Shown: piece after piece, positions 36,445-47,077 of the stretch
Layout of the letters: every line of letters starts with the position of its first letter
Position numbering within the stretch: the stretch's first letter is position 1
Assembly (NCBI GenBank): GCA_964512705.1
Contig: CAZEJY010000006.1
Span: 8,613-72,612, forward strand
DNA length: 64,000 nt
Direction: 5' to 3'
DNA from: an uncultured Sangeribacter sp.
GTDB taxonomy: Bacteria > Bacteroidota > Bacteroidia > Bacteroidales > Muribaculaceae
The notes under the pieces: model-generated
What the model was told of the DNA's origin: nothing
Database searches by the model: none
What the model saw: the letters and a program-made list of their open reading frames with translations, nothing else
Program-made: the position numbers and the translations under genes

Positions 36445-38469
36445 ATGAGAAAGCAAGAAGCATTATTAAGATTATTTGCAGCATTACTCACCTCGGCGAT
36501 TCCAGCCGGGGATTTTTATTGTATGGGGGCGGAGATTTCCGAAACCCCTGATACACTCCCTACGTTACAAGTTGACGCAATGCGTCATTCCAAAGAGATC
36601 ACATCCTCAACTCCACTTTTCAAAATAGATATCGACCGGCTGAATAACAGCGGAATTTCGGATATTTCTGAAGCACTGCGCACTCTGCCCGGATTGAATC
36701 TTAAGGATTATGGGGGTGCGGGGGGATTAAAGACAATCTCCGTGCGCGGTTTGGGCGCTAAACATAGTGGCGTGATGTATGACGGTCTTCCCCTATCCGA
36801 AATTCAAAATGGCGAGATAGACTTATCGCGTTACACACTCAACAACCTGAGTTCCCTTTCCCTCTCTACCGGAGGAGAAGCAGATATCTTTATACCTGCA
36901 ATGGCTGCCGCCTATGCATCATCACTCGGCATTTCGACTATCAGCGCTGAATTCAACAAAGGTATGAGTTTGGTTACCCGTCTTACAGGAGGCTCTTTCG
37001 GATTTATTAATCCTTATCTGCATATTGCAGGAAGTAACGGAAAAAATCTGAACATGACTCTGACGGGAGATTTCATCCATTCTAAGAATGACTATCCTTT
37101 TACACTGATTAATGGAAACGAAATCACTCATGAACATAGGCAAAATTCAGCAATGAACTCAGCGCATGGAGAATTTGCCATAGCCTATAAACCCTCTACC
37201 CGGTCCCTGATTAATGGTAAAATCTATTACTATAATAATCATCACCATCTTCCTGGACCGGTAATTTACTATGCTAATCCGAGTAATGAAATTTTGCACA
37301 ACCGCAATTTCTTTTCACAAGTGAATTATCGCCAAGGTTTAGGAAGTAAATTCACACTCAGGATATTAGGTAAATTTGATTGGGCTACCACAAGATATAC
37401 AGATATTGACGGGCAATATCCCGGAGGGAAACTCGATCAATATTATATTCAGAGAAATTGCTATGCGTCGGGATCACTTCTTTTTATCCCGTTGGAGACT
37501 CTCTATTTCTCTTATGCCGCGGATTATAATAGAAATGAATTGCAGAGCAATCTCTCATCCAATACCGCTCCATTCAGAAACGCATTCCTTCAGACTTTAG
37601 GTGCAAAACTGAAACTGAACTTTATTGAGGTAAATGCAAGAATTCTTCATTCTCTTTTCCGAGATTCATCTAAATTAAACAGTTCACATAAAACCTATAA
37701 TCGTTTTTCACCTTCATTATCGCTTTCTGCAAAACCTTTTGCAGATACCGCTCTCTTTTTTCGGGCTTCGTATAAGAATGTGTTGAGAATGCCAACATTT
37801 TGTGAACTTTACTTTGATCATTACGGGACCATAAACCTTGACCCGGAGATATCAGATCAGTATAATATTGGCATCACATACTCCACACCTGCCGTTAGCG
37901 CTATCAGAATTAAAAGTTTGCAGTTTACTGCTGACGGATACATTAATCAGGTGAAGAACAAGATAGTTGCCATCCCTTATAATATGTTTATGTGGAGGAT
38001 GACAAATTTAGGAAAGGTTAGAATGTATGGCGCCGATTTTACTTTAAATTCTGAGATAAGTTTATCCTCAAATCACTCACTTGAATTCGGAGGTTCCTAC
38101 AGCTATTTAAGAGCGGAGACTCTTTCTTCTCCGGACAAAGCAGATTGGAAAAAACAGGTCGCTTATACCCCCCTCAATTCCGGCTCTTTTACTTTATCAT
38201 GGCTCAATCCATGGGTAAATGTTGGCACTCACGGGATTGGATCCAGTTCAAGATATGCAACTAATGAGAATTTACCCGAAACGAAAATCAAAGGGTACTT
38301 TGAAATGGGTTTCTCCATATTCCGTTCATTCTCAATAAAAAGAAGCGCCCTTTCAGTACGGGCTGAACTCATCAATGCTTTTAACGAGCAATATGAGATC
38401 ATTCGTCGGTATCCTATGCCGGGACGAAGGGTACAGTTGACTTTAGGATATAAATTTACAACAAATTGA
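36445..38469 (+). CDS. btuB: TonB-dependent receptor, probable vitamin B12 transporter
   Basis: Plug motifs KDYGGAGGLKTISVRGLGA and GEIDLSR, RMPTF, C-terminal YPMPGR; riboswitch upstream. Confidence 0.88.
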   Translation: MRKQEALLRLFAALLTSAIPAGDFYCMGAEISETPDTLPTLQVDAMRHSKEITSSTPLFKIDIDRLNNSGISDISEALRTLPGLNLKDYGGAGGLKTISVRGLGAKHSGVMYDGLPLSEIQNGEIDLSRYTLNNLSSLSLSTGGEADIFIPAMAAAYASSLGISTISAEFNKGMSLVTRLTGGSFGFINPYLHIAGSNGKNLNMTLTGDFIHSKNDYPFTLINGNEITHEHRQNSAMNSAHGEFAIAYKPSTRSLINGKIYYYNNHHHLPGPVIYYANPSNEILHNRNFFSQVNYRQGLGSKFTLRILGKFDWATTRYTDIDGQYPGGKLDQYYIQRNCYASGSLLFIPLETLYFSYAADYNRNELQSNLSSNTAPFRNAFLQTLGAKLKLNFIEVNARILHSLFRDSSKLNSSHKTYNRFSPSLSLSAKPFADTALFFRASYKNVLRMPTFCELYFDHYGTINLDPEISDQYNIGITYSTPAVSAIRIKSLQFTADGYINQVKNKIVAIPYNMFMWRMTNLGKVRMYGADFTLNSEISLSSNHSLEFGGSYSYLRAETLSSPDKADWKKQVAYTPLNSGSFTLSWLNPWVNVGTHGIGSSSRYATNENLPETKIKGYFEMGFSIFRSFSIKRSALSVRAELINAFNEQYEIIRRYPMPGRRVQLTLGYKFTTN

Positions 38470-38512
38470 GCTGAAATAACTAAACTAATATAACCACACT
38501 AACTACAATAAA

Positions 38513-39586
38513 ATGAAAGCTATTTTCAAAGCAATTCTTTGCTCTGCGCTAATGTTTACAGCCGTGAGCTGTAATAAAACTGATGATGAACCAACAGTAA
38601 ACGACGAGAAAGATTTCTCCGTATTTATCATTAATGAGGGTAACTTCTATTCCGGAGTTGATGGTTCACTGAATGGAATAAATCTTAGTGAGAAATCCAT
38701 AGGTAAAAACCTGTTCCTTACTGCCAATGGCCGCAACTTAGGAAACACACCTACTTGCGGAATATTTGTCAATGACAAACTCATCATCGGAGTAGAATAC
38801 TCAAACACTATAGAAGTGCTCGATGAAAATTACAAGAGCATAAAACAGATTAAATTATCCGACACTTCAGCAGGCACTCAGCCCTTTTCAATGATAAAGG
38901 ATGATAAATATGTATATATCTCAATGTTTGATGGATACGTAGCCCGCTTTGATCCATCTACATTAGAGATTGACAAGAGTGTTAAAGTAGGACCGAATCC
39001 GGAGAATATAGCTATTCATCAAGGAAAAATCTACGTGCCTTGTACTGACGGAATGAATTATCCTAACTATGGCACAACAGCATCTGTCATTGACATCAAC
39101 AAATTTGAAGTTGAGAAAACCATCACAGTACCAATTAACCCTCGAAAATTCATGAGCGTTGATGGTAAACTGTTTCTTCTGACAGGTGGTGATTATGCAG
39201 CTAATTTGGCAACACTATATGAAATCAATACTGCCAACTATACTGCAACACCCATTGCTCCGGCAACAATGGCAACAAGTTACAAAAGTGATATCTATCT
39301 GATCGATACTCCTTTTTCAGAAGATGGTGTGAAGATAGACTATAAAAAATACAATGTTACAAAAAGCGAGATGCAGGCGTTCGGTTATGATACCAAAGGA
39401 CTGGAATATCCGAATGCTATTGCTGCAGATCCTAATACAGGTAATCTGGTAATTACATCTCTCGTGTACGATGGACAATGGCCAAGCTATGTCTTACCGG
39501 GCTACGCAATTGTATATTCCAAAGATGGTTCTCAGATTGGCAAATTTGATATGGGTGCCGGTACGTCTCACATCTTCTTCCGTTAA
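38513..39586 (+). CDS. btuG: Surface beta-propeller lipoprotein (BtuG/YncE-like)
   Basis: Lipobox AVSC, IINEGNF, NGRNLGNT, VGPNPE repeats; directly after btuB. Confidence 0.8.
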   Translation: MKAIFKAILCSALMFTAVSCNKTDDEPTVNDEKDFSVFIINEGNFYSGVDGSLNGINLSEKSIGKNLFLTANGRNLGNTPTCGIFVNDKLIIGVEYSNTIEVLDENYKSIKQIKLSDTSAGTQPFSMIKDDKYVYISMFDGYVARFDPSTLEIDKSVKVGPNPENIAIHQGKIYVPCTDGMNYPNYGTTASVIDINKFEVEKTITVPINPRKFMSVDGKLFLLTGGDYAANLATLYEINTANYTATPIAPATMATSYKSDIYLIDTPFSEDGVKIDYKKYNVTKSEMQAFGYDTKGLEYPNAIAADPNTGNLVITSLVYDGQWPSYVLPGYAIVYSKDGSQIGKFDMGAGTSHIFFR

Positions 39587-39588
39587 AC

Positions 39589-40734
39589 ATGAATTTTTAC
39601 AGGTTCAAAATATATTATATTCTTTTGTTTATGATGTTGATCCCGATCGCAGTCAGTTGCGGTCGGGACAACCGTCATTCCGGAAGTTCCGCTTCCGGAG
39701 ATAATATCGCGATGAAATATGCCAAGTATCTTCGTCTCGAAGATTGCGGCACATATACGAAAGCGACGATAGTGAACCCTTGGGACACGACCAAGCTTCT
39801 CGGTGTCTACCTCCTCGTTCCGGAAGACATTGATTTACCACAATCGGGAAAGGGGGAAGTTGTGGTGCGCACTCCTGTTAAAAGTGCTGTAATATATTCA
39901 TCCGTACACGGAACCCTCTTGGAGGAATTAGGCGCTGTTAAATCTATTACCGGCATTGTTGATGCACAGTATATAGATAATGATTCCCTTAAAAACAGAA
40001 TCAAACGTGGGGAAATAGTTGATTGTGGAACTTACGCTTCCGTGAATAGAGAACAGATAATATCACTCTCGCCGCAAGTGCTTCTCAGTCCTCCTTACGA
40101 TAACGGCAAAGAGAATATAACTCTTCCGAAAGGGATAAATATGATTAAATGTGCTGATTATATGGAACAAAATCCCTTAGGCAGAGCTGAATGGATAAAG
40201 TTTTTCGGCAAGCTATTTGATAAACAAGAGATTGCAGATTCTTTGTTTAATAGAACTGAAGAGGAATACCTTGCCTTAAAAAATAGAGTAGCTAAAATTA
40301 AACAGAAACCAAAAGTAATATTCGATAGAATTTATGGCTCTACCTGGGATATGCCCGCAAAAAAATCAACAATTGGATATTTTATAGAGGACGCGGGTGG
40401 TCAAAATCCTTTCGAACATGTAAATCGTCCGGGGGCTATCCATCTCTCGCCTGAGAAGGTCCTTGCAGAAGCCAACGATGCCGATTACTGGTTTATCCGC
40501 TACTATGGAGGAGAGGCGCCTACCAAAGCATCCTTGGCTAAGGAATCAGACTTCTATCCTAAATTCAAGGCATGGAAGGATGGAAGAATCTATATTACGG
40601 ATACCTCCAAGTCACATATTTTTGAGGAGTACGCATTTCATCCACAATGGCTTTTAGCAGATATGATAAGCATCCTTCATCCGGAGACCGGAATTATTCC
40701 TCCGAGGAAATACTTCAATAGAATTGCCCAATAA
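39589..40734 (+). CDS. btuF: Cobalamin ABC substrate-binding lipoprotein
   Basis: Lipobox VSC, VNPWDT, DYMEQNPLGRAEWIKFFG, HPQWLLADMISILHP. Confidence 0.85.
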   Translation: MNFYRFKIYYILLFMMLIPIAVSCGRDNRHSGSSASGDNIAMKYAKYLRLEDCGTYTKATIVNPWDTTKLLGVYLLVPEDIDLPQSGKGEVVVRTPVKSAVIYSSVHGTLLEELGAVKSITGIVDAQYIDNDSLKNRIKRGEIVDCGTYASVNREQIISLSPQVLLSPPYDNGKENITLPKGINMIKCADYMEQNPLGRAEWIKFFGKLFDKQEIADSLFNRTEEEYLALKNRVAKIKQKPKVIFDRIYGSTWDMPAKKSTIGYFIEDAGGQNPFEHVNRPGAIHLSPEKVLAEANDADYWFIRYYGGEAPTKASLAKESDFYPKFKAWKDGRIYITDTSKSHIFEEYAFHPQWLLADMISILHPETGIIPPRKYFNRIAQ

Positions 40735-40737
40735 CAA

Positions 40738-41742
40738 ATGAATAAACCAATACTATTCATATTATTAATAATCGGATTAGTTGCACTATTCCTTGCCAAT
40801 CTGCTATTTGGATCTATACATATTGAACCGGCAGTGGTATGGGAGGCAATAGTGAATCCTAACTCCGATGATACAATGGGGTTTATTGTAAGGGAGAGCC
40901 GACTACCGACAGCGTGCACTGCTCTACTTGCCGGGAGTGCATTAGGTGTTGCCGGACTTATGTTGCAAACTCTTTTCCGGAATCCTTTGGCAGGCCCATC
41001 TATTTTGGGAATCAGTTCAGGAGCGAGCTTGGGTGTAGCATTGGTAGTTCTATTTTTCGCAGGCACTCTTTCATTAGGATTTGCTGATTGGAGCGGGACT
41101 ATGGCGATTACAATCGGAGCTGTTCTTGGAAGTGCAGCCGTGATGGGTGCACTGATCTTTTTCTCAAGCTATATACGCAGTGACCTGTTACTCCTAATCA
41201 CCGGTATAATGGCAGGCTATTTGGCCTCCTCACTGGTAACACTTCTCTCCTCATTGGCTACAGCAGAGGGTATACAGGGATATGTCTCCTGGGGAATGGG
41301 AACATTTAATGCGGTCACCATGGATTCCCTACTGTCTTTTACATCGCTTATCTTGTTATCCTTGCTTTTATCAATGTTCCTATGTAAGCCGCTAAACTTA
41401 CTACTACTCGGTTATGATTATGCCCGTAATCTTGGAATAAATATCAAGCGGGTGAGAAACTGTCTGTTGATAATTTCCTCCCTCCTGACAGCCATAGTCA
41501 CGGCTTGGTGCGGACCTATATCATTCATCGGATTAACGATACCGCACATTTCACGTCTTTTATTCCGCACGGACAATCACCTGATTCTCCTTCCGGCAAC
41601 TATGCTTTCGGGCGCCATCATTGCACTCGCATGCAATGTCGCGAGCACAATCCCGGATAATTCAGTGATTCCGATCAATGCCCTGACACCACTCTTTGGT
41701 GTACCGGTGATTCTTTATATAATCCTAAAAAAGAGAGGTTAG
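40738..41742 (+). CDS. btuC: FecCD/BtuC-family ABC permease
   Basis: SRLP, QTLFRNPLAGPSILGISSGA, CGPISFIGL. Confidence 0.9.
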   Translation: MNKPILFILLIIGLVALFLANLLFGSIHIEPAVVWEAIVNPNSDDTMGFIVRESRLPTACTALLAGSALGVAGLMLQTLFRNPLAGPSILGISSGASLGVALVVLFFAGTLSLGFADWSGTMAITIGAVLGSAAVMGALIFFSSYIRSDLLLLITGIMAGYLASSLVTLLSSLATAEGIQGYVSWGMGTFNAVTMDSLLSFTSLILLSLLLSMFLCKPLNLLLLGYDYARNLGINIKRVRNCLLIISSLLTAIVTAWCGPISFIGLTIPHISRLLFRTDNHLILLPATMLSGAIIALACNVASTIPDNSVIPINALTPLFGVPVILYIILKKRG

Positions 41743-42617
41743 CGCAAGAAACGGGAGGTCAGTCCTGAATAATTATCTATACGACGATCGCGGAAGAATG
41801 GCCACCATCTTCTGACATTTTCGGACCTCTCAGTATCTACCTCAATTACCTCCTCTGCGCTACCGTTCTCGGGCGCAAGATAGAGAAACTCACCTTGCGG
41901 ACCGGCTATGAAACTTGATCCCCAGAAGTTTATACCGGATGTCATTCCGGAAGCATCTTCCTCAAATCCGAAACGGTTTACAGTCACGACGGGTAACCCG
42001 TTAGCAACAGCATGACCTCTTTGGACCGTTATCCACGCCTCGCGTTGGCGAGCGCGCTCCTCTGCATCATCGTCAGGATTCCATCCTATGGCTGTCGGAT
42101 ATATTAACATTTCCGCACCACGCATAGCCATGAGTCTGGCTGCTTCAGGATACCACTGATCCCAGCATACAAGAACCCCCAATCGACCAACAGATGTATC
42201 TATAGGTTCAAAACCGAGATCACCTGGTGTAAAATAGAACTTCTCATAAAAGCCGGGATCATCAGGTATGTGCATTTTACGATAGGTTCCTGCAACGCTC
42301 CCATCGGATTCAAATACTACAGCTGTGTTATGATAAAGACCCGGAGCTCGGCGTTCGAAGGTACTTGTCACAATCACGACATTATTTGCGGCTGCCGCTT
42401 CTCCATAAAACTCGGTAAACTCACCGGGAAGATTCTGGGCGAGATCGAAATTATCCACATCTTCTGTCTGACAGAAATATAATGAATCATGGAGTTCCGA
42501 AAGCACGATGAGTTGGGCACCATCGGAAGCGAGATTCTCAATCGCCGTTAGGTTACGTGAGCGATTCAGATCTATATCGTCACAAAATGAGTGTTGTACT
42601 ATACCTACCTTTATCAT
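41739..42617 (-). CDS. aguB: N-carbamoylputrescine amidase (carbon-nitrogen hydrolase)
   Basis: SELH, YRKMHIPDDPGFYEKFYF, VCWDQWYPEAAR, WPFFRDRR; adjacent to agmatine deiminase. Confidence 0.9.
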   Translation of the reverse strand: MIKVGIVQHSFCDDIDLNRSRNLTAIENLASDGAQLIVLSELHDSLYFCQTEDVDNFDLAQNLPGEFTEFYGEAAAANNVVIVTSTFERRAPGLYHNTAVVFESDGSVAGTYRKMHIPDDPGFYEKFYFTPGDLGFEPIDTSVGRLGVLVCWDQWYPEAARLMAMRGAEMLIYPTAIGWNPDDDAEERARQREAWITVQRGHAVANGLPVVTVNRFGFEEDASGMTSGINFWGSSFIAGPQGEFLYLAPENGSAEEVIEVDTERSENVRRWWPFFRDRRIDNYSGLTSRFLR

Positions 42618-42676
42618 CTTAATTATTCTTCAGTCTATTATATTCTTATATTCTTAAAAAACAGTCTCTAATAACT

Positions 42677-43717
42677 TCAAATTCGGATAATACCCTTAGG
42701 AAGTTGCATCGTAGCACAATGTAATGAGCCATGCTGCTTTATGAGCGTGAGACACTCTACAGGAATCACCTTATGGTCAGGAAAGGCTATTTTCACAGTT
42801 TCACACGCCAATTTATCATTTTGAGGCTGATTATATGTGGGCATGAAAATAAACTCCGGGGTCACGAGATAGTTAGCGTAGGAAGCTGGCAACCTATTCC
42901 CCTCTTCATCAAAGATTGGATCAGGGAGGGGAAGCTCAACTAAATTATACGGTTCTCCCTCTGGCGTGCGGAAGAGTGTCAATTGAGCACGCATCTTCAA
43001 GAGTTCTTCAAAATGCTCATCATCAACATTTCTGCAACCGGTGAAGAGTATCACGTTGTGAGGAGCCATTCTACATAAGGTGTCAATGTGAGAATCTGTA
43101 TCATCTCCACTTAGAGCGCCATAATCGAGCCAGAGCACGTGTTCAGCACCTAACCTCTCCGCTAAAATCTCATTAATTTCGGATTTTGATTTACCACCGT
43201 TCCTGTTCGGAGAACATAGACAGCGGGTAGTAGTCAAGATCGTGCCGGCTCCATCCGTATCAACTGATCCTCCTTCCAAAACAAAGTCCCGTTCATTCCT
43301 ATACGTATCAGGGAGAATTAATAATTGACCTGCCAAATTCAGATTGACAAGGTTATCATGATCGGAGGCAAACTTCAATCCCCAACCATTGAAGCCGAAA
43401 TCGAGCGCGCGTAATCTTTCTCCACGTATAACCGTCAGAGGACCATAATCTCGAGTCCAGGTATCGTTATATTCAACCTCCACTATTTTCAGATAAGTTG
43501 AATCTATCTCAGAAAGAAAAGCTTCTGTTTTTTTAGAATCCGAAGTTATTACAACGCAAACTATTCCATTCTGCGTAAAAGCTTCGATTAATCTGAGATA
43601 CTGATCCCGAGCTTCATCGAGTATATAGTTCCAGTCGGTGTGAGCGTCAGGAAGGGCAACAAGAATAGCCTCGCATTCCTCCCATTCAGCCAAAAATCTT
43701 ATTTCTTTCCTACTCAT
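42677..43717 (-). CDS. aguA: Agmatine deiminase
   Basis: AEWE, DTWTRDYGP, FNGWGLKF, LEGGS, DDTDSHID, ASYANY, GSLHCATMQ. Likely start MSRKE at 43717. Confidence 0.92.
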   Translation of the reverse strand: MSRKEIRFLAEWEECEAILVALPDAHTDWNYILDEARDQYLRLIEAFTQNGIVCVVITSDSKKTEAFLSEIDSTYLKIVEVEYNDTWTRDYGPLTVIRGERLRALDFGFNGWGLKFASDHDNLVNLNLAGQLLILPDTYRNERDFVLEGGSVDTDGAGTILTTTRCLCSPNRNGGKSKSEINEILAERLGAEHVLWLDYGALSGDDTDSHIDTLCRMAPHNVILFTGCRNVDDEHFEELLKMRAQLTLFRTPEGEPYNLVELPLPDPIFDEEGNRLPASYANYLVTPEFIFMPTYNQPQNDKLACETVKIAFPDHKVIPVECLTLIKQHGSLHCATMQLPKGIIRI

Positions 43718-43846
43718 AAATTCAAAAATAACAAACAATGGCGAAATGAGGAAAGGAATTAGCAATTTTTTTTGTATTTTCGCGTATGAAGTTGCCATTA
43801 ATAATATACAGGCACCTTTTGAATTGATTTCACATTCCATTTATTT

Positions 43847-44389
43847 ATGTCTAAACATAACACGACTAAAGAGTTTGCGGCAATAAAGGATATCTGCCGT
43901 GACATATTCGAAAAAAAACTGAAGGATTATGGTACATCATGGCGCATTATGCGTCCATGTAGCCTAACCGATCAGATATTCATCAAGGCTAAGCGCATAC
44001 GCTCGCTCGAAGAGAAAGGTATTGAGGCTGCCGCAGTTAACGAAGGAATAGAACCGGAATTTATAGGTATAGTGAATTACTGTGCTATCGCCTTGATCCA
44101 ATTGCAACTTGGTCCCGGTGAACCAATTTCAATCGAGAAAGCGCTCGAACTCTATACTACTAAAATCGAAGAAGCAACCGCGCTCATGATGAATAAAAAT
44201 CATGATTACGATGAAGCTTGGCGAGACATGAGAGTTAGCTCCTTTACTGATATCATTCTACAAAAACTAATGAGAACTAAAGAGATAGAAGATCATAACG
44301 GTCTAACTATCATCAGTGAAGGAATCGATGCTAACTACATGGATATGATAAACTATGCTATCTTCGCGCTTATCAAAATTAGGTTCTAA
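43847..44389 (+). CDS. DUF1599 domain protein
   Basis: Two repeats KKLKDYG.SW and NKNHDYDEAW; NYMDMINYA. Confidence 0.85.
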   Translation: MSKHNTTKEFAAIKDICRDIFEKKLKDYGTSWRIMRPCSLTDQIFIKAKRIRSLEEKGIEAAAVNEGIEPEFIGIVNYCAIALIQLQLGPGEPISIEKALELYTTKIEEATALMMNKNHDYDEAWRDMRVSSFTDIILQKLMRTKEIEDHNGLTIISEGIDANYMDMINYAIFALIKIRF

Positions 44390-45713
44390 GTTAAAGAATT
44401 ATTCAGGCACCCCTGACTCCGGCAATACCTCCGATACAAAAAGGTACAAGACGATCTATCATATTGTCACATGCTTAATGCGTATCATTGTCGGAGGAAC
44501 GTTTACCGTATCCGGCTTCGTAAAAGCGATTGACCCATGGGGCACCTTCTATAAAATGACCGACTACCTGTCGGCGATGCACCTGACAATTTGGCCAAGC
44601 CTTATAATTGCCGGAGCTTTCCTGCTATGCGCAATTGAATTCTTGACAGGTGTATTTGTTCTGACCGGTTGTTTTCGCAAAGGGGCAACTATAATAGGCT
44701 TCCTGATTATGTGCTTCATGACACCCCTGACCCTTTGGATAGCTGTTGCCGATCCTGTTGCTGATTGCGGATGCTTCGGAGGTGCATTCATCCTTTCCAA
44801 CTGGGCAACTTTCTGGAAGAATATAGTTTTGGTTCTATGTTTCATCTGGCTTCTTAAATTCAATAAAAACGTTAAATCCTTGATTAGTCCATCCATACAA
44901 TGGTTGGGTGTGTTATCTTCACTCGGATATATCGGGTTGATTGAAGCTGTCGGTTTCTTCTATCAGCCTCTTCTCGATTTCAGACAATTTAAGATTGGGA
45001 CTGAGATTGTCTCTGCCGATAGAAAACAGAATGATGAAGAGCCCGAATATATCTTCACATATCAAAAAGATGGAATTAACCAAGATTTTGAAATCGATTC
45101 ACTCCCCGATGAAGATGACGGATGGATTTTTGTTGAGCGTAAGGAGGTAGTTCGAGCCACAGCGAAAGATAATTCAGCATCCGACTCTGAATTTCATATC
45201 TGGGATAGTAATAATGACGATGTAACCGAAGATGTGTTGGAAGCTAACCCGGATATGATTATGCTCATGATGCCAAAATTAGGGAGCGTTTCAATTGCCC
45301 AGACTTGGAAAATCAACTATCTCTATGATTGGGCTAAATCAAATAATTATGGCTTCATAGCGGTTGTTTCAGGCTCCAAATCAGAAATTGAGAATTGGAA
45401 AGACCTATCAATGCCGGAGTACACCATATACACATCAGACGACACTCTGATTAAAGAGATTGTCAGAGGTAATCCTGCTATAGTATTCGTTAAAGATGGG
45501 AAGATAGATTGGAAAAATTCTTTGAGAACGATTGAGATTTCAGATTTCAAAAATGGTGAGCCATTAACTGACAGAATTAACACCCCGGTAGTATTGAAGA
45601 ATATTACTTATATTTATATAGCAATTATGGCGCTACTGATAATGATAAGTATTTCCTTCAGACTTCGGGAGCGGATATCTTCCAAGCCTGATCCTAAAAT
45701 AACCAACGGCTGA
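44355..45713 (+). CDS. DoxX/MauE-like membrane protein (BT_3928 family)
   Basis: SGFVKAIDPWG, DCGCFG, TFWKN; follows DUF1599 as is usual in Bacteroidales; true start may be downstream. Confidence 0.8.
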   Translation: MLSSRLSKLGSKLKNYSGTPDSGNTSDTKRYKTIYHIVTCLMRIIVGGTFTVSGFVKAIDPWGTFYKMTDYLSAMHLTIWPSLIIAGAFLLCAIEFLTGVFVLTGCFRKGATIIGFLIMCFMTPLTLWIAVADPVADCGCFGGAFILSNWATFWKNIVLVLCFIWLLKFNKNVKSLISPSIQWLGVLSSLGYIGLIEAVGFFYQPLLDFRQFKIGTEIVSADRKQNDEEPEYIFTYQKDGINQDFEIDSLPDEDDGWIFVERKEVVRATAKDNSASDSEFHIWDSNNDDVTEDVLEANPDMIMLMMPKLGSVSIAQTWKINYLYDWAKSNNYGFIAVVSGSKSEIENWKDLSMPEYTIYTSDDTLIKEIVRGNPAIVFVKDGKIDWKNSLRTIEISDFKNGEPLTDRINTPVVLKNITYIYIAIMALLIMISISFRLRERISSKPDPKITNG

Positions 45714-45714
45714 A

Positions 45715-46188
45715 ATGAATATAGAATTGATAACGATAGGTAAAACCTCCATCAGATATGTTAAAGAGGGTATTGAGACATACATAAAGCGACTGACTCA
45801 CTATATCCCCTTTTCTATCAAGGAGATTCCTGACCTTAAAAATATTGCTAAACTTGATAAAGAGCAGCAGAAGAATGCAGAAGGGAAAAAGATCCTTGAA
45901 GCTATTCAACCGGGAGACTTTGTAGTTCTCCTTGATGAACATGGAAAGCAATATACCTCCATTGAATTCGCAGGATTTATTCAGAAGAGCATGTCGGCAG
46001 GTAGACGGAAAATGATCTTCATAGTCGGAGGACCGTTCGGCTTTTCTCAAGATGTATATTCACGAGCAGACTCCCTTCTCTCTCTCTCCAAAATGACATT
46101 TAACCACGAGATGGTGAGACTTTTCTTCACTGAGCAGGTCTATCGGGCAATGACAATTATAAACGGAGAGAAATATCACCACGAATAG
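45715..46188 (+). CDS. rlmH: 23S rRNA pseudouridine-1915 N3-methyltransferase
   Basis: LLDEHGK, FIVGGPFG, SLSKMTFNHEMVR, EQVYRA, YHHE. Confidence 0.95.
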   Translation: MNIELITIGKTSIRYVKEGIETYIKRLTHYIPFSIKEIPDLKNIAKLDKEQQKNAEGKKILEAIQPGDFVVLLDEHGKQYTSIEFAGFIQKSMSAGRRKMIFIVGGPFGFSQDVYSRADSLLSLSKMTFNHEMVRLFFTEQVYRAMTIINGEKYHHE

Positions 46189-46228
46189 TCTCTCTCAATA
46201 AAAGCATAAACTGAAAAATAAAGAACAT

Positions 46229-47077
46229 ATGAAATCAAGAGATGAACTTATAGAGGATTTACTTAACCTCTCATTTGCCGAGGACCTCGGCGACGGTGAT
46301 CACACCACGTTATCAACAATACCTGCCGATGCTATGGGCCGTTCACGTCTGATTATCAAAGAGGATGGCATACTTGCCGGTGTGGAGATTGCAGAAAAGG
46401 TTCTTCATAAAGTTGATCCGTCAATAACGATGACAATAATGATCGGTGATGGTGCAGAGGTTAAGAAAGGTGATATTGCATTCACGGCTGAAGGTCCCGT
46501 CAGATCTCTTCTGATTGCAGAGAGAACCATGCTGAATATCATGCAACGAATGAGTGGTGTTGCTACAATGACCAAGCGTTATCAGGATGAGTTGAAAGGA
46601 TTGCATACTAAGGTGCTCGATACAAGAAAGACCACTCCCGGTATGCGCATGCTCGAAAAGGAAGCTGTAAAATTAGGCGGAGGTACCAACCACCGCATAG
46701 GTCTGTTTGATATGATTCTTATCAAGGATAATCACATCGATTTTGCAGGCAGTTTAGAGAAAGCTATTGAAAGAGCCGATGAATATTGCAAAAAGAACGG
46801 TAAAGATCTCAAGATAGAGGTTGAAGTTCGCTCACTCGATGATATCAAACGTGTACTCGCTCACGGAGGAGTTGACCGCATCATGTTCGATAACTTCACG
46901 CCTGAATTAACTAAAGAGGCTGTAAAGCTTGTGGATGGTAAAATTGAAACTGAATCTTCAGGAGGCATCACTATAGAGAATCTCCGCAAATATGGTGAAG
47001 CGGGTGTGGACTTTATATCAGTCGGAGCATTAACCCATTCAGTTAAAGGACTTGACATGTCATTTAAGGCTTATTAA
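46229..47077 (+). CDS. nadC: Quinolinate phosphoribosyltransferase
   Basis: DTRKTTPG, NHRIGL, IKDNH, IEVEV, ESSGGIT, ISVGALTHS. Confidence 0.96.
   Translation: MKSRDELIEDLLNLSFAEDLGDGDHTTLSTIPADAMGRSRLIIKEDGILAGVEIAEKVLHKVDPSITMTIMIGDGAEVKKGDIAFTAEGPVRSLLIAERTMLNIMQRMSGVATMTKRYQDELKGLHTKVLDTRKTTPGMRMLEKEAVKLGGGTNHRIGLFDMILIKDNHIDFAGSLEKAIERADEYCKKNGKDLKIEVEVRSLDDIKRVLAHGGVDRIMFDNFTPELTKEAVKLVDGKIETESSGGITIENLRKYGEAGVDFISVGALTHSVKGLDMSFKAY

Noticed and set aside
43718-43840. N-terminal extension of AguA (and likewise 48287-48421 of TrmH)
   Set aside because: The extensions run through AT-rich divergent promoter regions; conserved sequence starts at the downstream ATGs
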